64,000 nucleotides of DNA, from NCBI RefSeq assembly GCF_009914755.1, contig NC_060929.1; one strand, 5' to 3'. The notes under the pieces were generated by a model, which saw only the letters and a list, made by a program, of their open reading frames with translations, was not told the origin of the DNA and did not search any database. Below, one piece after another: positions 14,093 through 26,659 of this stretch. Position 1 is the stretch's first letter. Each line of letters starts with the position of its first letter. The stretch comes from the human T2T-CHM13v2.0 reference genome, Homo sapiens. A program made the position numbers and the translations under genes.

Positions 14093-14480
14093 TGTATCAG
14101 TAAGGGTCTTGGCAGAAAACAGATGGCATACTCCAACTGAGTGATTTGGGATCAGTTTAATAAAGAGACTCTTTACAAAAGTGTGGGCAGAGTTTAGCAA
14201 AATCAGCAATACAGAACCCCAGGAAGAGCAACATCTTCAAGATCTGAGAAGGCAAAGGGAGGAAGTGGTTTAGAATCCAGAGAAAGTAGGTGTGTCTGGC
14301 AGGAGCAGGGACACAGCCAACCCACAGCCCAGCAGGGAGGTACCAGGGCAATACATACCCCAACCTCATTCTCCTCCCGCCTTCTGTCTCCCCATGGACT
14401 GAACCTCTCCTGAAACTGGAGAGCTCACTGAAACACACCATGCAGCTCAGCCTTCCATGACAAAGAGCAGAGAATATCCA
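14093..14480 (-). mobile_element. Old ERVL-type solo LTR (LTR33-like)
   Basis: Begins TGTATCAGTAAGGGTCTTGGCAGAAAACAGATGGCA...TTTAATAAAGAGACTCTTTACAAAAGTGTGGGCAG, resembling the reverse of recalled LTR33-family 3' ends. Confidence 0.55.
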
Positions 14481-15839
14481 ATTGAGCTCCCTTCCCAAAG
14501 ATCAGAATGATAAGAACTTTTCTTACATTACATAGTGTGCCCTACTTTTCCACAGAAATAGGACCAGGTTGTCTTTCTTGGGAGGCAAGACAACAGCCTC
14601 CGGATCACACATTTTCCCTGTCTTTTTGATCCATTTTCATAGTGATCATTCATGAGTCATTTTACTGATTTTGGTCATTCATCATCCATGTGCTCTTTGC
14701 TTGGTATCAGCCACCAGGCCTTTGTTAAAATGTCCACCTTCTCCCCCTGCAGCCTATTTGTTTGGGAACAGCTGCTGCCACACAAGACTTTGGGTGGGGT
14801 ATGGCATAGGACTTTGATTATTATAATCACATCCTTCAACTACAGTTGACTTTTAGGGATACGTCTGGTCTAACTGATCCAAACAGACTGAATCCTATTG
14901 ACTACTGGGTAAAGAGACACACACTGTCTCCCCCGCCTCACCTTCCACCCCAACCCCCTGCCTCAGTTTGAATGAGCAAGCCTCGGGGATACAAGAGGAG
15001 ATGCTTGCTGAAAATAGAAGCAACACCAAGAAATTAGAACCAAAAAGGAAAAAAGAAAAACATCTTATCCTTACAAAATCAAGTTATTCCTGCCACCGTT
15101 CTTTTTTTAAAAATGAGGCAAAAAGTGCTCTTTATTGTTTGGGTCTGCTTTTCTGTTGTTCATCACTGAGAAACGTCTTATCAACACAATTGACTGTATC
15201 ATACCTCTGTCAAGGCCTCTTGGTGCTTCCCAAAGAAGTAACTACTTTCTAGGTATTCGCAATTAAAGTTATTGAAAACACCTGCTCATAGCATGTCATT
15301 AATAAACTTTTAGCAGCTTACTGAGAATCCTCAATGTTTATATGTTAATACCTGAAATTAGTTTACTTAGAAGAAATGTTTGGATTAGCCAATAATAATC
15401 TAATGAGATAATGAAAATATTACTCCTTCTACCTTTTGCAGATATTTCCCAAGGTGTTGCTATGTACTGGACAATGGGGACTTAAAAATGATTAAGATAT
15501 AAAGTCATCAGAGAGTTCACTTGAATTAAGCAGAGACACATCATGAAGCTCACTTTACAAAAAGTGATATAATATTATAATTGAAATATATACCAGTTGC
15601 TAGAGGACCCCCCCCCCCAAAAAAAAAGGGAGCTGTTAATTGCAAGAAGTCTGGTAAGGCTTTATAGACATGGTGCCTTGTAAGCAGAACCTTCAAGTAC
15701 ACACAGGATCTTTGACAAGGAAGTGACAATGCAAGCCACACAGGTAGCATGAACAAAGGCACAGTCACCTGAGGCGGTTCAGTGTGACTTCTGTAAAGGC
15801 AGAGTAGCAAAGTGACTAAGGAGTGCTTAGTTCCACCCT

Positions 15840-15980
15840 GGCACTCCATCCTTAGCTAGCTACGTGATCTCAGGCAAGTCATTTAACTTTTTCTTTGTAT
15901 CACCTTCCTCATGTGCAAAACAAGACTAATAGTAGTTTCTTGTTCATACTTGTCCCACAGTTCATTTAAGTAAGTTCTAT
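15840..15980 (+). mobile_element. MIR fragment
   Basis: CTAGCTACGTGATCTCAGGCAAGTCATTTAAC...CTTCCTCATGTGCAAAA is the MIR core. Confidence 0.7.
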
Positions 15981-16019
15981 TACAATTAAAGTACCCATCA
16001 CTCAAAAAATGCTATTACT

Positions 16020-16980
16020 CGGAGGGAGATCATTGATTAGGCTGGAAAGGAAGACTGGTGCCAGACTGTGAAAATTCTTATGAAGTCTGCTAAATAATAG
16101 ATTTTATATAATGTAGTTTTATATAATATAGTGGGTTTTAGATCAGATAATGTATGCACCAGACATCAAAGGTTTTAAATAGACATGAACAGGTTTGTAT
16201 TTTAGAAAAAGAATTGTGACAGGGTGACTCTTGAAATTGGATGCGGAGAAATTGAAAGCAGGGAAACTGGAATATTACAACAGCCCTTAGATGATAAAGG
16301 ATGCAGCCTGAATCAGGACAGTGATAGGAGAGGTGGAGAAGAAGTGACAGAAATTCAAAAGTGAAGGATCGAGCATGGTGGCAAAGTTTCTGGTGGATGA
16401 TAATACCTTTAATAAATAAAGATCAGAAAAGAAGGAAGAGGGCTGGAGGAGGAAACAATAAGCCCAAGTTTTGGACCTGCTAGATGTTAGTTGTCTATAT
16501 GCCAAACAAATGAAAAATTCTAGAAGCTGTTGGAAAAATGAGTTCAAGAGGGAGTCCCAGGCTGTAGACTGATAGATGAGAATCAACTACAAATACATTA
16601 CAGCTAAAGAAAGGGAGATGATGTGCCTGCCCAACAACGAGGCTAGAACCCCAAAAAACACTAACGCAAATAGAAAGAAGAGTCAGCAAAGACTTAAAAG
16701 TAACCACCAGTGTGGGAGAATGTGAAGTGGAAGAGAGTCGTGATCTCAAAAGCAAGGGAGGAAAAAGCTTCAAGGAGCAACCTTTAGAAATTAAGGGTTT
16801 ACAGAGATGGCACTTAAGATGCATAATGACAGAAGGACACCACTGCTAACAGGAATCATTTTTAAACCCAGAGAGAAGTTTCAGAGATGTGATAGAAGCT
16901 GCACTCAGACTGCAGTGGCTAATGGCAAAGAGAAAAGTGAGGACCTGGACCAGGTTGAAGGATCCACTCTTTCAAAGAGC
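16020..16980 (-). mobile_element. L2 LINE ORF2 region
   Basis: Purine-rich reverse-L2 text such as AGTTTTGGACCTGCTAGATGTTAG and GGAGAGGTGGAGAAGAAGTG. Confidence 0.65.
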
Positions 16981-17595
16981 TGGTTGGCAACTCTCCCAGG
17001 CTTCCCTCACTTTGAAATTCCACTGACCTTAGTGTCAGACCATATTATAACCACACAATGTGTGTAATAGGGCTGTGTTGTTGGCTGGCACTCCTCAAAA
17101 TGGATCTTTTATAATCAGAAAGCCTTGTTTTTGAAAAGCCAGGCAGTTACAGACAGCATTTTGTTTGACTTTTCAAGAACTTTTCCTCTATTCCCCTTGT
17201 AAGAATTTTACTCAGGACAAGTAGCAGTGATTTAACAGTTACATTTCCAGTTTCTGAAGGCAGACAATAAAACACTGATGAGGTCTTATTCATTCATGGG
17301 TCATCATCAGGAAATAGTGAATGCTAAGAAGAGTTTTAGGCAATTCAAGCAATATAGAAGTTGTCCGTATATATATTAATACCTTCTTTCATATTTATTA
17401 TGGCTCTGGAAAAGAGAGGTCAAAGCTTATTTCCAAAGTTACCTTGTTAACCTTCAAATCCATCTTTGGATATAAGAAAGAGATAAATATTTGCCCCAAT
17501 ATATAAATAGATAAGTAGAATTTCAGAAGATCCAGAAGGAGCTCAGTGTCCAGAGTTTACAACAGAGATTTCTGGGCATGATTATTGAAGCATTA

Positions 17596-17790
17596 GAGCA
17601 GTGTCCATCAAAGTGTGATCCATGAACCACTTGTATCAAATTTAGGTTAGGTCCCTTTTTTTAGAAATGCATATTCCTGAGGTCCCTTTTAGATCACTGA
17701 TCTCCTTCTCTGAAGGCATACCTTGAACTCTGAATTTTTAAAAAATGTCACAGGAGATTCTGATGTATCTCAGCAGTTCAAAAGTATTTA
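17596..17790. mobile_element. MER5A/B
   Basis: CAGTGTCCATCAAAGTGTGATCC...AGAAATGCATATTCCTGAGG...CAGGAGATTCTGATG. Confidence 0.7.
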
Positions 17791-17959
17791 AAGATCTCCA
17801 GTGACTCAACAAGGACAGAGTACTTATTGAGCATCTACTAAATGCCAGTTATTTGCTAGTCACTTCAAACAATGTCAATACGTATAACACTTTTCCTAGC
17901 CTAAAGTAGTTTTACTACAGTTGAGTATTATTGTCTTCCCTGTTCATAACCCCTAGATT

Positions 17960-18690
<731 letters not shown>

Positions 18691-18749
18691 TTATGTGGAG
18701 CACCTAATGTGTAATTGAATAAATTAAGCACGTGCAATTCCATTCTTCT

Positions 18750-19595
18750 TCCCTATCGCAGTAAAAGGGAATCACTTTCTGGCTAGTTGTGTGAGCCAGA
18801 AATCTTGATATCATTTCACTCCCTCATCTCTCACATCCAATATCACCAAAAATTACTGATTTCAGCTCTGGTATTTCTCAGTGCTATTTATTTCTTTCCA
18901 TAACTATTATCTGTTATCCTAGATTAGGCTACCTAAGTCCCTGCCTCAGGCACATTCTGGTCTACCCATAACCCACTCTTTGTCCTGCCCAGGTAGATAT
19001 CTCCAAAATACATCTGAAAATCTGATCATATCCCCAGTACCCTATTGCCACACCAACCATCATCCAATGGTTCCCCATTGCATTTGGTATAAAGATCAAC
19101 ATCCTCAAAAGAGCCGACAAGGCCCAATGTGGTCTCACCTGACCCTACTCTTATCTTGAACCTTGTATTCTCTGTTCAACCCTCACTGGCCTTCTCCCAG
19201 GAGATAATACTTCCCATGCTTCTTTTCACCACAGCACCACTATGAATGCACTTCCTCAGTCTCTAACACTCCTGTCTCCCTATATGCCTAGGTAACTCCT
19301 CCTACTCATCCTCTGGACCTCATCTCCAGCATTTTTTCTTTTTTCAGGGAAGCCTTTTCTCATCTCTCTGACAAGGCCCAATACCTCTAGTGTAAATTGT
19401 CATGACACCGTGTGACTTAACTTTTTAGCACTTACCACGATTGCAACTTTAAAGTTGTGTGATAATCTAATCATCTAATAATTACCCATTAGGCTACCCA
19501 GTGTCTGTTTTGTTCACCAGTATGTCCCCAACACCCAGCACACTACCTGATACATGGTGAGTTCTCTGAAATACTTGTTAAATAAATTTTGAATG
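18750..19595 (+). mobile_element. L2 LINE
   Basis: CATCCAATGGTTCCCCATTGC...GTGTCTGTTTTGTTCACCAGTATGTCCCCAACACCCAGCAC...ATACTTGTTAAATAAAT runs to the L2 3' end. Confidence 0.8.
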
Positions 19596-20074
19596 ACTAG
19601 AATTGGTAAGAAAACAATCAGAAACAGTGCTTGACAACCAAATTTTTATTAACCAAAGCATAAGTTTGCCCAAGCTGGCGACCAGATGAGGAAAGTAGAA
19701 GATGGAAAAGTCAGGCATGCTTATGAAAGGTACTGATATGAATGAGGTAGAGACAACAGGGAGCTTGAGTTAGTTGGGACTTTGTTAGGTTATGGACCAA
19801 AATCATTTAGAAACTTGAGGTAAAATAGCAATCTAATGACAAACAGATGACAATCCACATGACAGGCAATCTGGATCATGAGCCAGAGCAGGACTACAAC
19901 AAGACTTCTGACTAAGAGAAAATGTCTGGGTGAGGATACAGACAATTGAGTGAGAATGAAGTGAATGACCTGGGTTGTCAAGGAGCCAGACAGAACACCA
20001 GAGGAGATGCCGCTGGTGGAGCAAGATGAGAAACAGTAGAAAGGAATAGCTGCAGGGGGAGTCAGATCTTAATC

Positions 20075-20290
20075 TATACTTAGTATGTGCCAGGTAACTG
20101 TCTAAATGCTTGAAGGCACTATTTCATTTTAATTCTCACACTAATCCAATGAGGTAAGCAAGCTAAGTGTACCAGTTTTACAAACGAGAAAACTGAGGCC
20201 TGCCCAAGGTCAACACTTAGTAAATGGCAGCACCAAAGTTTGAACCCAGAGAGGCTGACTCTATACTTTTATCTACTATAGTATGCTCTT
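20075..20290 (-). mobile_element. MIR SINE
   Basis: TATGTGCCAGG...TTTTACAAACGAGAAAACTGAGGCC...GCCCAAGGTCA...GTTTGAACCCAG. Confidence 0.85.
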
Positions 20291-20484
20291 TTCTTTTTAA
20301 AATTTGGGACCAAAATGGCTTATTGATGAAGTTGGTTCTTGCCTTGGCTACAAAACGAGATCAGAAAAACAGTCTGTGAGAACAAAAGTAAGATGGGAGA
20401 AGCTTCTTATAAAATAGAATCAGAGGTCCCTAAATAGATCAAGAAATGAAATTATTTAATGTCATGTCATTTAATGAGCACTAA

Positions 20485-20685
20485 GTCATAGTTTTTAACA
20501 GTATAGAATCAGATAAATCTGGTTTCAAATACTGACCTAGATGTGTGGCTGTTACTTAAACTCTCCGACATTTGGTTTCTGTTCTTAATGGGACTATTAA
20601 AACCTGGCTCATAAAGTTGTTTAAAAGAAATGAGATAACGTATTTGAAAGTCATTAGTACAGAACTAAAGGATGCACTCGATAAT
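20485..20685 (+). mobile_element. MIR SINE
   Basis: AATCAGATAAATCTGGTTTCAAATACTG...GTTACTTAAACTCTC...AAATGAGATAACGTATTTGAAAG. Confidence 0.65.
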
Positions 20686-20953
20686 TAATCAGAAAAGATA
20701 TTTTACAGAACTGAGATATTTGTAGAGGTTGTTGAAGGGGGAATATGAAACTTCATTGTTGTTATACCCATGAACCAAATGGTTCATTACCAGTGATTTG
20801 ACAGATACACATATGTGCATGGATAACCTTCTTATTAGCTAAATGTCTCCTGTGGGAAGACTAAAAATTCCACAGTGAAGGCTGTTGAATGGAGCTGATA
20901 ACTCTGTAGTTACAATTTGCCCTAAGAAATGCTGACAGCTAAAGTGAACTCAC

Positions 20954-21009
20954 CTTACGTGACACTCAGAATTCTCCAAGCAGCTTTAGAATTGGCTTTA
21001 GAACTATGT
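20954..21009 (-). other. Candidate 56-nt spliced exon (probably non-coding)
   Basis: Minus strand reads CTTTTGACTCTCAG|ACATAG...CACGTAAG|GTGAGT, with a consensus donor. There is no transcript evidence. Confidence 0.3.
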
Positions 21010-21166
21010 CTGAGAGTCAAAAGCTTTAAGGCTTCCATTTTCAAGCCATGCCTTAGAGCATACCCATAAGAGCTACTCTTCCATAAAGCAGTGAATCTGG
21101 CTTTGCAAGACTATCATGCTTATCTTTAAAAAACTGAAGAGTCTGAGGATTTTGAGGCAGACTCAC

Positions 21167-21201
21167 CAGTGACATTGCAGCTCTTGACTTTGAAGATGGA
21201 G
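21167..21201 (-). other. Candidate 35-nt micro-exon
   Basis: Minus strand reads CTTTTCATATTTTCATTAG|CTCCATCTTCAAAGTCAAGAGCTGCAATGTCACTG|GTGAGT. There is no transcript evidence. Confidence 0.35.
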
Positions 21202-21244
21202 CTAATGAAAATATGAAAAGCATTCATCCTCAAACCTTTTAATA

Positions 21245-21900
21245 GACTTGGCACATTTTTGGAGGGCAATTTGGCAAAATCTATGAAAAAAATGTGATGC
21301 ACATTTTCTATAATCCAGCAAACCAACTCCTAAGAATCTATTCTATAAAAATGTTTGCACAACCATGAAAATAAATATAAGTAAAAAAGTGTTTTGGGGC
21401 CGGGCACAGTGGCTCACGCCTGTAATCCCAGCATTTTGGGAGGCTGAGACAGGCGGATCACGAGGTCAGGAGATCGAGACCATCCTGGCTAACATGGTGA
21501 AACCCCGTCTCTACTAAAAATACAAAAAAATTAGCCGGGCGTAGTGGCAGGCGCCTGTAGTGCCAGCTACTCAGGAGGCTGAGGCAGGAGAATGGCATGA
21601 ACCCGGGAGGCGGAGCTGGCAGTGAGCCGAGATTCCGCACTGCACTCCAGCCTGGGCGACTGAGCGAGACTTCATCTCAAAAGAAAAAAAAAAAAAGCGT
21701 TTTGGGAAATACTGTAATAAATGTCCATCAAAAGAGAAATGATTTTATAAATTAGGGTATCTACATTAAGTAAAATGCTATGGGGCTAATAAAAAAAAGA
21801 AAAAGACAGATATATGTCTACTGACCTGAAAATATTCTGTTACACTAAGCTTAAAAGGCTGCAGAACATCAAAAATACATAATGTAGTCTTTTTTGTTTA
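21245..21900 (+). mobile_element. L1ME-type 3' fragment interrupted by AluY
   Basis: TTTTTGGAGGGCAATTTGGCAAAATCTAT...CCAGCAAACCAACTCCTAAGAATCTATTC before the Alu, then AAATGTCCATCAAAAGAGAAATG after it. Confidence 0.7.
21398..21690 (+). mobile_element. AluY, full length
   Basis: GATCACGAGGTCAGGAGATCGAGACCATCCTGGCTAAC; TSD AAAAAAG(T/C)GTTTTGG (21383-21397 / 21691-21705). Confidence 0.98.
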
Positions 21901-22261
21901 AAATATGTGTCATATATGTGCACATACACATGCATAAACAAAACACATGTATAAACAAAATCTATAGCAATGCATCTTAAAATCTTCTTTCCACTTTCAT
22001 CCACTTCTTTCTCATCCCATGACTCCTCTATTGCCCCCTCCTCCTTATTTCTAAGAAAAGTCTGGCTCTAGCACGAGTGCCCAGCATGAGAGCCTTTTGT
22101 CTTTCTTAGCCTATCTTCTTGCTTCTCCTGTTTTGTCTACCTCTTCTCTTTTTCCCAATTCTGCATCACCAACCCCAAAAACCAAGCAGTCAATGTGGAA
22201 CATTTCTCAAGGGGAATGGAAAGAGAAGATACTGAATATATTTTCCTTGGTAAAAAGAGGT

Positions 22262-22298
22262 AAAAAAAAAAAAAAGAAGAAGAAGAAGAAGAAAAAGA
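22262..22298. repeat. A-run / (GAA)n homopurine tract
   Basis: Direct reading. Confidence 0.9.
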
Positions 22299-22339
22299 AT
22301 ACCCTCTTTATTGTATAGGAGAAGAAAGACACTAACATA

Positions 22340-22676
22340 CAGATGCTCCTCGACTTATGGTGGGGTCATGTTCCAATAAACCCATTATAAGATGCATTTA
22401 ATACATTTAACCTACCAAACATAGCTTAGCCTAGCCTACCTTAAACATGCTCAGAACATTTACATTAGTCTACAGTTAGGCAAATCATCTAAGACAAAGC
22501 CTATTTTATAGCAAAGTGTTGAATACCTCATGTAATTTATTGAATACTGTCCTGAAAGTGAAAAACAGAATGATTATATGGGTACTCGAAGTACAGCTTC
22601 TACTGAACGTGTCACTTTTGCACCATTGTAAAATCAGAGATCACAAATGGAACCATTGTAAGTTGAGGACTGTCTG
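22340..22676 (+). mobile_element. MER47A (TcMar-Tigger MITE), complete
   Basis: TIRs CAGATGCTCCTCGACTTA...TAAGTTGAGGACTGTCTG, TA TSDs at 22338-39 and 22677-78, and internal AGCTTAGCCTAGCCTACCTTAAAC. Confidence 0.88.
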
Positions 22677-22699
22677 TACTAATAAGTGCTGTTCCATCA

Positions 22700-22840
22700 T
22701 ACTTATTCTCCCCTCTTTCTCAACCAGTAAGCTCAAGTGCCACAAAAACAGAAACTGTAGTTTCATTATTATATCCTCAGAACCTATCACTTACCCAGCA
22801 CATAGTAGGTGCTCAATAATGTTTGTTGAGTATATGTTTG
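22700..22840 (+). mobile_element. L2 3' end
   Basis: CCAGCACATAGTAGGTGCTCAATAATGTTTGTTGA. Confidence 0.7.
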
Positions 22841-24343
22841 AACAAGTAATGCCCTTAAGCAGCTTACATCCTGTTAGGAAGGCTTGTAATTGGTAAATTA
22901 AGTAATTTATCCTTAATATCACACGTGCTGCTGACCCACTATTACCTGAGAGGCTTTTAACAGCTTTAAACAACCAACTGCCAATAACTAAGAACTTGCT
23001 TCTGCAAAGTCTGGCATGCTAATACAGCCTGTCAGCCAGGGAACCCAGTGAAGCTGTGCTTAGCAACCAGTCCCTTTGCTATCTATTTTGGTTAGATATG
23101 TCAAAAGTTATTCTAACTTCATTCAATCAATGGCTTCATGTTGTGAAAGAAAGACACTGCAAAGAGATGAGAAAACAGAATCAAAGACATGTATGTTCAA
23201 CACTTCTAAAGGCTGTACCAAAATGCCTCTCTTCTTTCCCAGTGCAGTTAGGGCTGTAATGCACACTTGTTTACAATCCATCTGGGAGGGACCTATAAGC
23301 AGAAGGAAGGCATCTTTGACCTTCATCTCCCTGGAAGGAGAAATACAGAACAGCTGTCTGTTTACCATCCCGACCTCATTTCCATGACGTTGAACCACTC
23401 ATTTGGGAATCATGAAAAATAGGACTGTTTCACTTTTTTTTTTTTTTCCTAAAATGTTCTTGAAGACACTAGGCCCTGGGTAAGCTACAAAATGACTGAA
23501 ACTGCATGCCACAAAGATTTGTTAGGTGGAAAGGGAAAGATATTTAGCCTCCAAGTTATGAATAAAGTACAACACACAATCTGTATATTTTTGTCTTTCT
23601 GTACCATGACTTCTACTTAGTATTTTGACTCATAATTTCCAGAGAAAATTCTTTGAATGCAAATACATATTAACTTCCAATAAAATAACTAAGGCGAAAG
23701 TTGGGCCCTTGACCAAGAGCAGCAGTTTTTTCTTCCTTTTTTTTCTTTTCTGTATTGGTGCATGCCATCTTGGTTCAAGTGAGTGCCGACAAGAATGAGC
23801 AAGATCACATTACATCCCCTAAGCACGGCTCCCAGACAGGGGCTTTATTATTTCATGTATTCTAGATACACCAGTGAAAATGGAAGGAAATCCTGCTGTT
23901 TTCATTCAATAAATTGTCTTATGCCTTAAGTGAGTTTTGACTTCAAAATTAACAGTACTAGGTGCCAGTTTGAACAGGAAGGCACTATATAAGTCATTGA
24001 GTCCATGCATGTCCTTGACAGAGGACAATTAGGACAATTTTTTAGATGAAAAGAAAGAGAGAGCATTACCTAAAGTCTCAGCTGGTGTCAGGCAAAAAGA
24101 AAAACTAAAACTAACTCACTGCTCAGTATTCTTTTCACTGTCACATAGCCTCTCACCTTGAACTGAGACCACCATCAATATAATAAGATTTAAATTCAAT
24201 ACATTTGCATGAATGCCTCTTATGGCCCCAGAATTAGGCTAGACTTCTGTGAGAGGCATATAAAAAGGTATAAGTCAAAAAAAAGTATAAGTCTCAGCCA
24301 CTGCCCTTAAGGACCTAACTTCAGAGACGAAAGTCATGCATTT

Positions 24344-24517
24344 TGGAGGGGCAAATAGGAGGTGACCACTAATGGGTATAGGTTTTCTTTTTAGGATGAT
24401 GAAAATGTTCTGGAATTAAGATAGTGGTGATGGTTGTTTAACCTTGCACATACACTCCCACTGAATTGTATGTACAATGGCAAATTTTATAGTTTGTGGA
24501 TTAGATCTCATTTTTTT
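24344..24517 (+). mobile_element. Short L1MB-type 3' end with intact TSD
   Basis: GATGATGAAAATGTTCTGGAATTAAGATAGTGGTGATGGTTG; TSD AAAGTCATGCATTT (24330-24343 / 24518-24531). Confidence 0.85.
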
Positions 24518-25399
24518 AAAGTCATGCATTTCAGGTAATTAGTAATGAATCAGAATCTAGTGGCAAAAGATGGCTTGTGGCATTAAGTGAAAATCAGAAA
24601 GGCTGACTAGCAAGTGCCAAATACTTCACGTAAAAGCAAGAACTTAAGGAAATATACATTGGGCTTTCATAATCCCATAAATCCTGTAATGATGGCAGTC
24701 TTTTACAACTTCTTCCTTGTTGAAATTAGTCCTTGACTCCAGAAAAAACCTCCAGTTTCGCCTAAAATACCAGGATTATATATTTATTTTGCATAAATTT
24801 ATGGCGTAAACATCAATCTCTCCTTCAATTTTTGCTCTGTGTATCTAAATTCAGTTAATGTACATCTAGATGATCTATTATGGTTCATTTTCATGATTCA
24901 TAAAATGTGTTTGTACATTTGAAGTGGTTTGCTTTGGTGCACCCATTGCCTGCGTGGCTCTGCAAGCATGTGGAGTCAAAATTTGGTGGCAATAACATGA
25001 ATAAGGGCAGGAATGTAGGCAAGGAAATAAAGATAGATTCTGTTAAAAGATTGTCTTCATGTTCTTTGTGGGAAAAGGTACCAGAGTAGGTGAGTAAGCA
25101 TTTGCACTGAGGCAAAATGCTTCAAAAGTACACACAAGTTTTATAAATCATGAAAAAGAACCATAGGAGAAAATCTAGATGTGCGTTAACAGAGTTTACA
25201 GACACAGAAAAAAAAAATGGAAGGAGAAGATGGGTGATTATACCATAAATTTAAACAAAATAAATACATAATTCTGGCACTTTAGGCCAAAGTAGAGTTT
25301 TTTTCTAGAGCCAATGACGAATTTCAACAAGGAAGAGGTTTCAAAGAACTGACTCTTTATCTCAGGATTTATGGGACTATTAAAGCCCAAAAGAGCATT

Positions 25400-25910
25400 C
25401 ATGGATATTTCCCGTTTGCCTATTCAGAATCCATTTCCTGTTCTTCCCTTTTCATGTGGGAAATCACACCATCACCATTCTTTGTTAATGTGGCTCATGC
25501 TGACTCCAGGGGTGGGCACATGATCCACGCTTGGCCAATGATCTTATCCTCATACCCTGGCCACAGCCATGGTCATGTGCCTCAAGTCAGCATGCAATTC
25601 TGGAACTTTTGATATCACCGTTTAGGAGAGAAATATCCTTTTGTACAAGGATTTCTAATTCTTTGAATGATGCTAGCCAGGAACTGTGGGGAACCACCCA
25701 CAGACGGGACCTCCTGGAGAGTGAAGTCAATAAAGAGCCAAGAAATGGAGAATCAGATTCCTGGTGACTAAATGTGAGCTCCTGGATCCACACATAACTG
25801 GAGCCACTGCCCTTGGATTGTTCGGATAGATGAATGAATATATTTCTTTCTGTTTAAGCCATTTTGAACCATGTTTCTGTCAATTTCAATAAAAAGTCAT
25901 GATAAATGCA
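25400..25910 (+). mobile_element. MLT1J/K-type MaLR solo LTR
   Basis: CTCCAGGGGTGGGCACATGATCC...GAGCTCCTGGATCCA...TTTAAGCCATTTTGAACCATGTTTCTGTCA. Confidence 0.7.
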
Positions 25911-25914
25911 ACAT

Positions 25915-26060
25915 CCTGCTCAACCTTAAACTTTCCAGATGAGGAACTGAGGTCCAGAGAGGAGTATGAAGTTGCTTATGGTTGCACAGTAACCAACAGC
26001 AGAACCTAGGCAAAAATGCAGACAGCTTCGATTTTAGTCCACTGCCTTTTCTTGACACTG
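25915..26060 (-). mobile_element. MIR fragment
   Basis: CAGATGAGGAACTGAGGTCCAGAGAGG is the reverse MIR core. Confidence 0.6.
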
Positions 26061-26080
26061 TCACTGAAGATTCATTTTGG

Positions 26081-26483
26081 TAAGTGAAGTAAGCCAGACG
26101 CAAAAAGAAAAATACTGCATGATCTCATTTATGTGTAAAACCTACAAAAGTTAAATAGACCCAAGCTGAGAGAATGGTGGTTACCAGGGTTAGGGAGGTA
26201 GAACAAATGAGGAGGTGTTGGTCAAAGAGTATAAAGTTATAGTTACATACAATGAGTAAGTCTAGACATTTAATGTACAGCATGAGTGCTACAGTTAATA
26301 ATACTGTGAGAATGCCAGAAATTCCCCCATGAAAGTAGATTTCAAGTGCTCTCACCAAAAAAAGTAACTATAAGAAGAGATGGATATATTAATTCACCGA
26401 CTGTCAAAGTCTTTTCACTATGCATATGTACGTCAAAACATCATGTTGTGCAAGTAAAATATAAGCAATTTTTAGTTAAAAAG
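26081..26483 (+). mobile_element. L1MA (L1MA8/9-like) 3' end
   Basis: TAAGTGAAGTAAGCCAGACGCAAAAAGAAAAATACTGCATGATCTC...GGTCAAAGAGTATAAAGTT...AAAACATCATGTTGT. Confidence 0.85.
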
Positions 26484-26659
26484 AAAGCTCAAAAGCATTG
26501 ATTTTACTTTTTGAAAAAGACTCATTCTGGAAACAATTAGACAACCAAAGTTAAAATGTCACCCATAAGCCAAAGCTTTTAAAGAGAAACTTTGGTGTAC
26601 CTGCCTCTGAAAATTACATGTTTTCTCTCAAAGCACCAAAAAGCATCAAGGAGCAGCAA

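Noticed and set aside
15608-15627. C11-A9 homopolymer junction
   Set aside because: Low-complexity run with no supporting structure; length is also prone to sequencing error.
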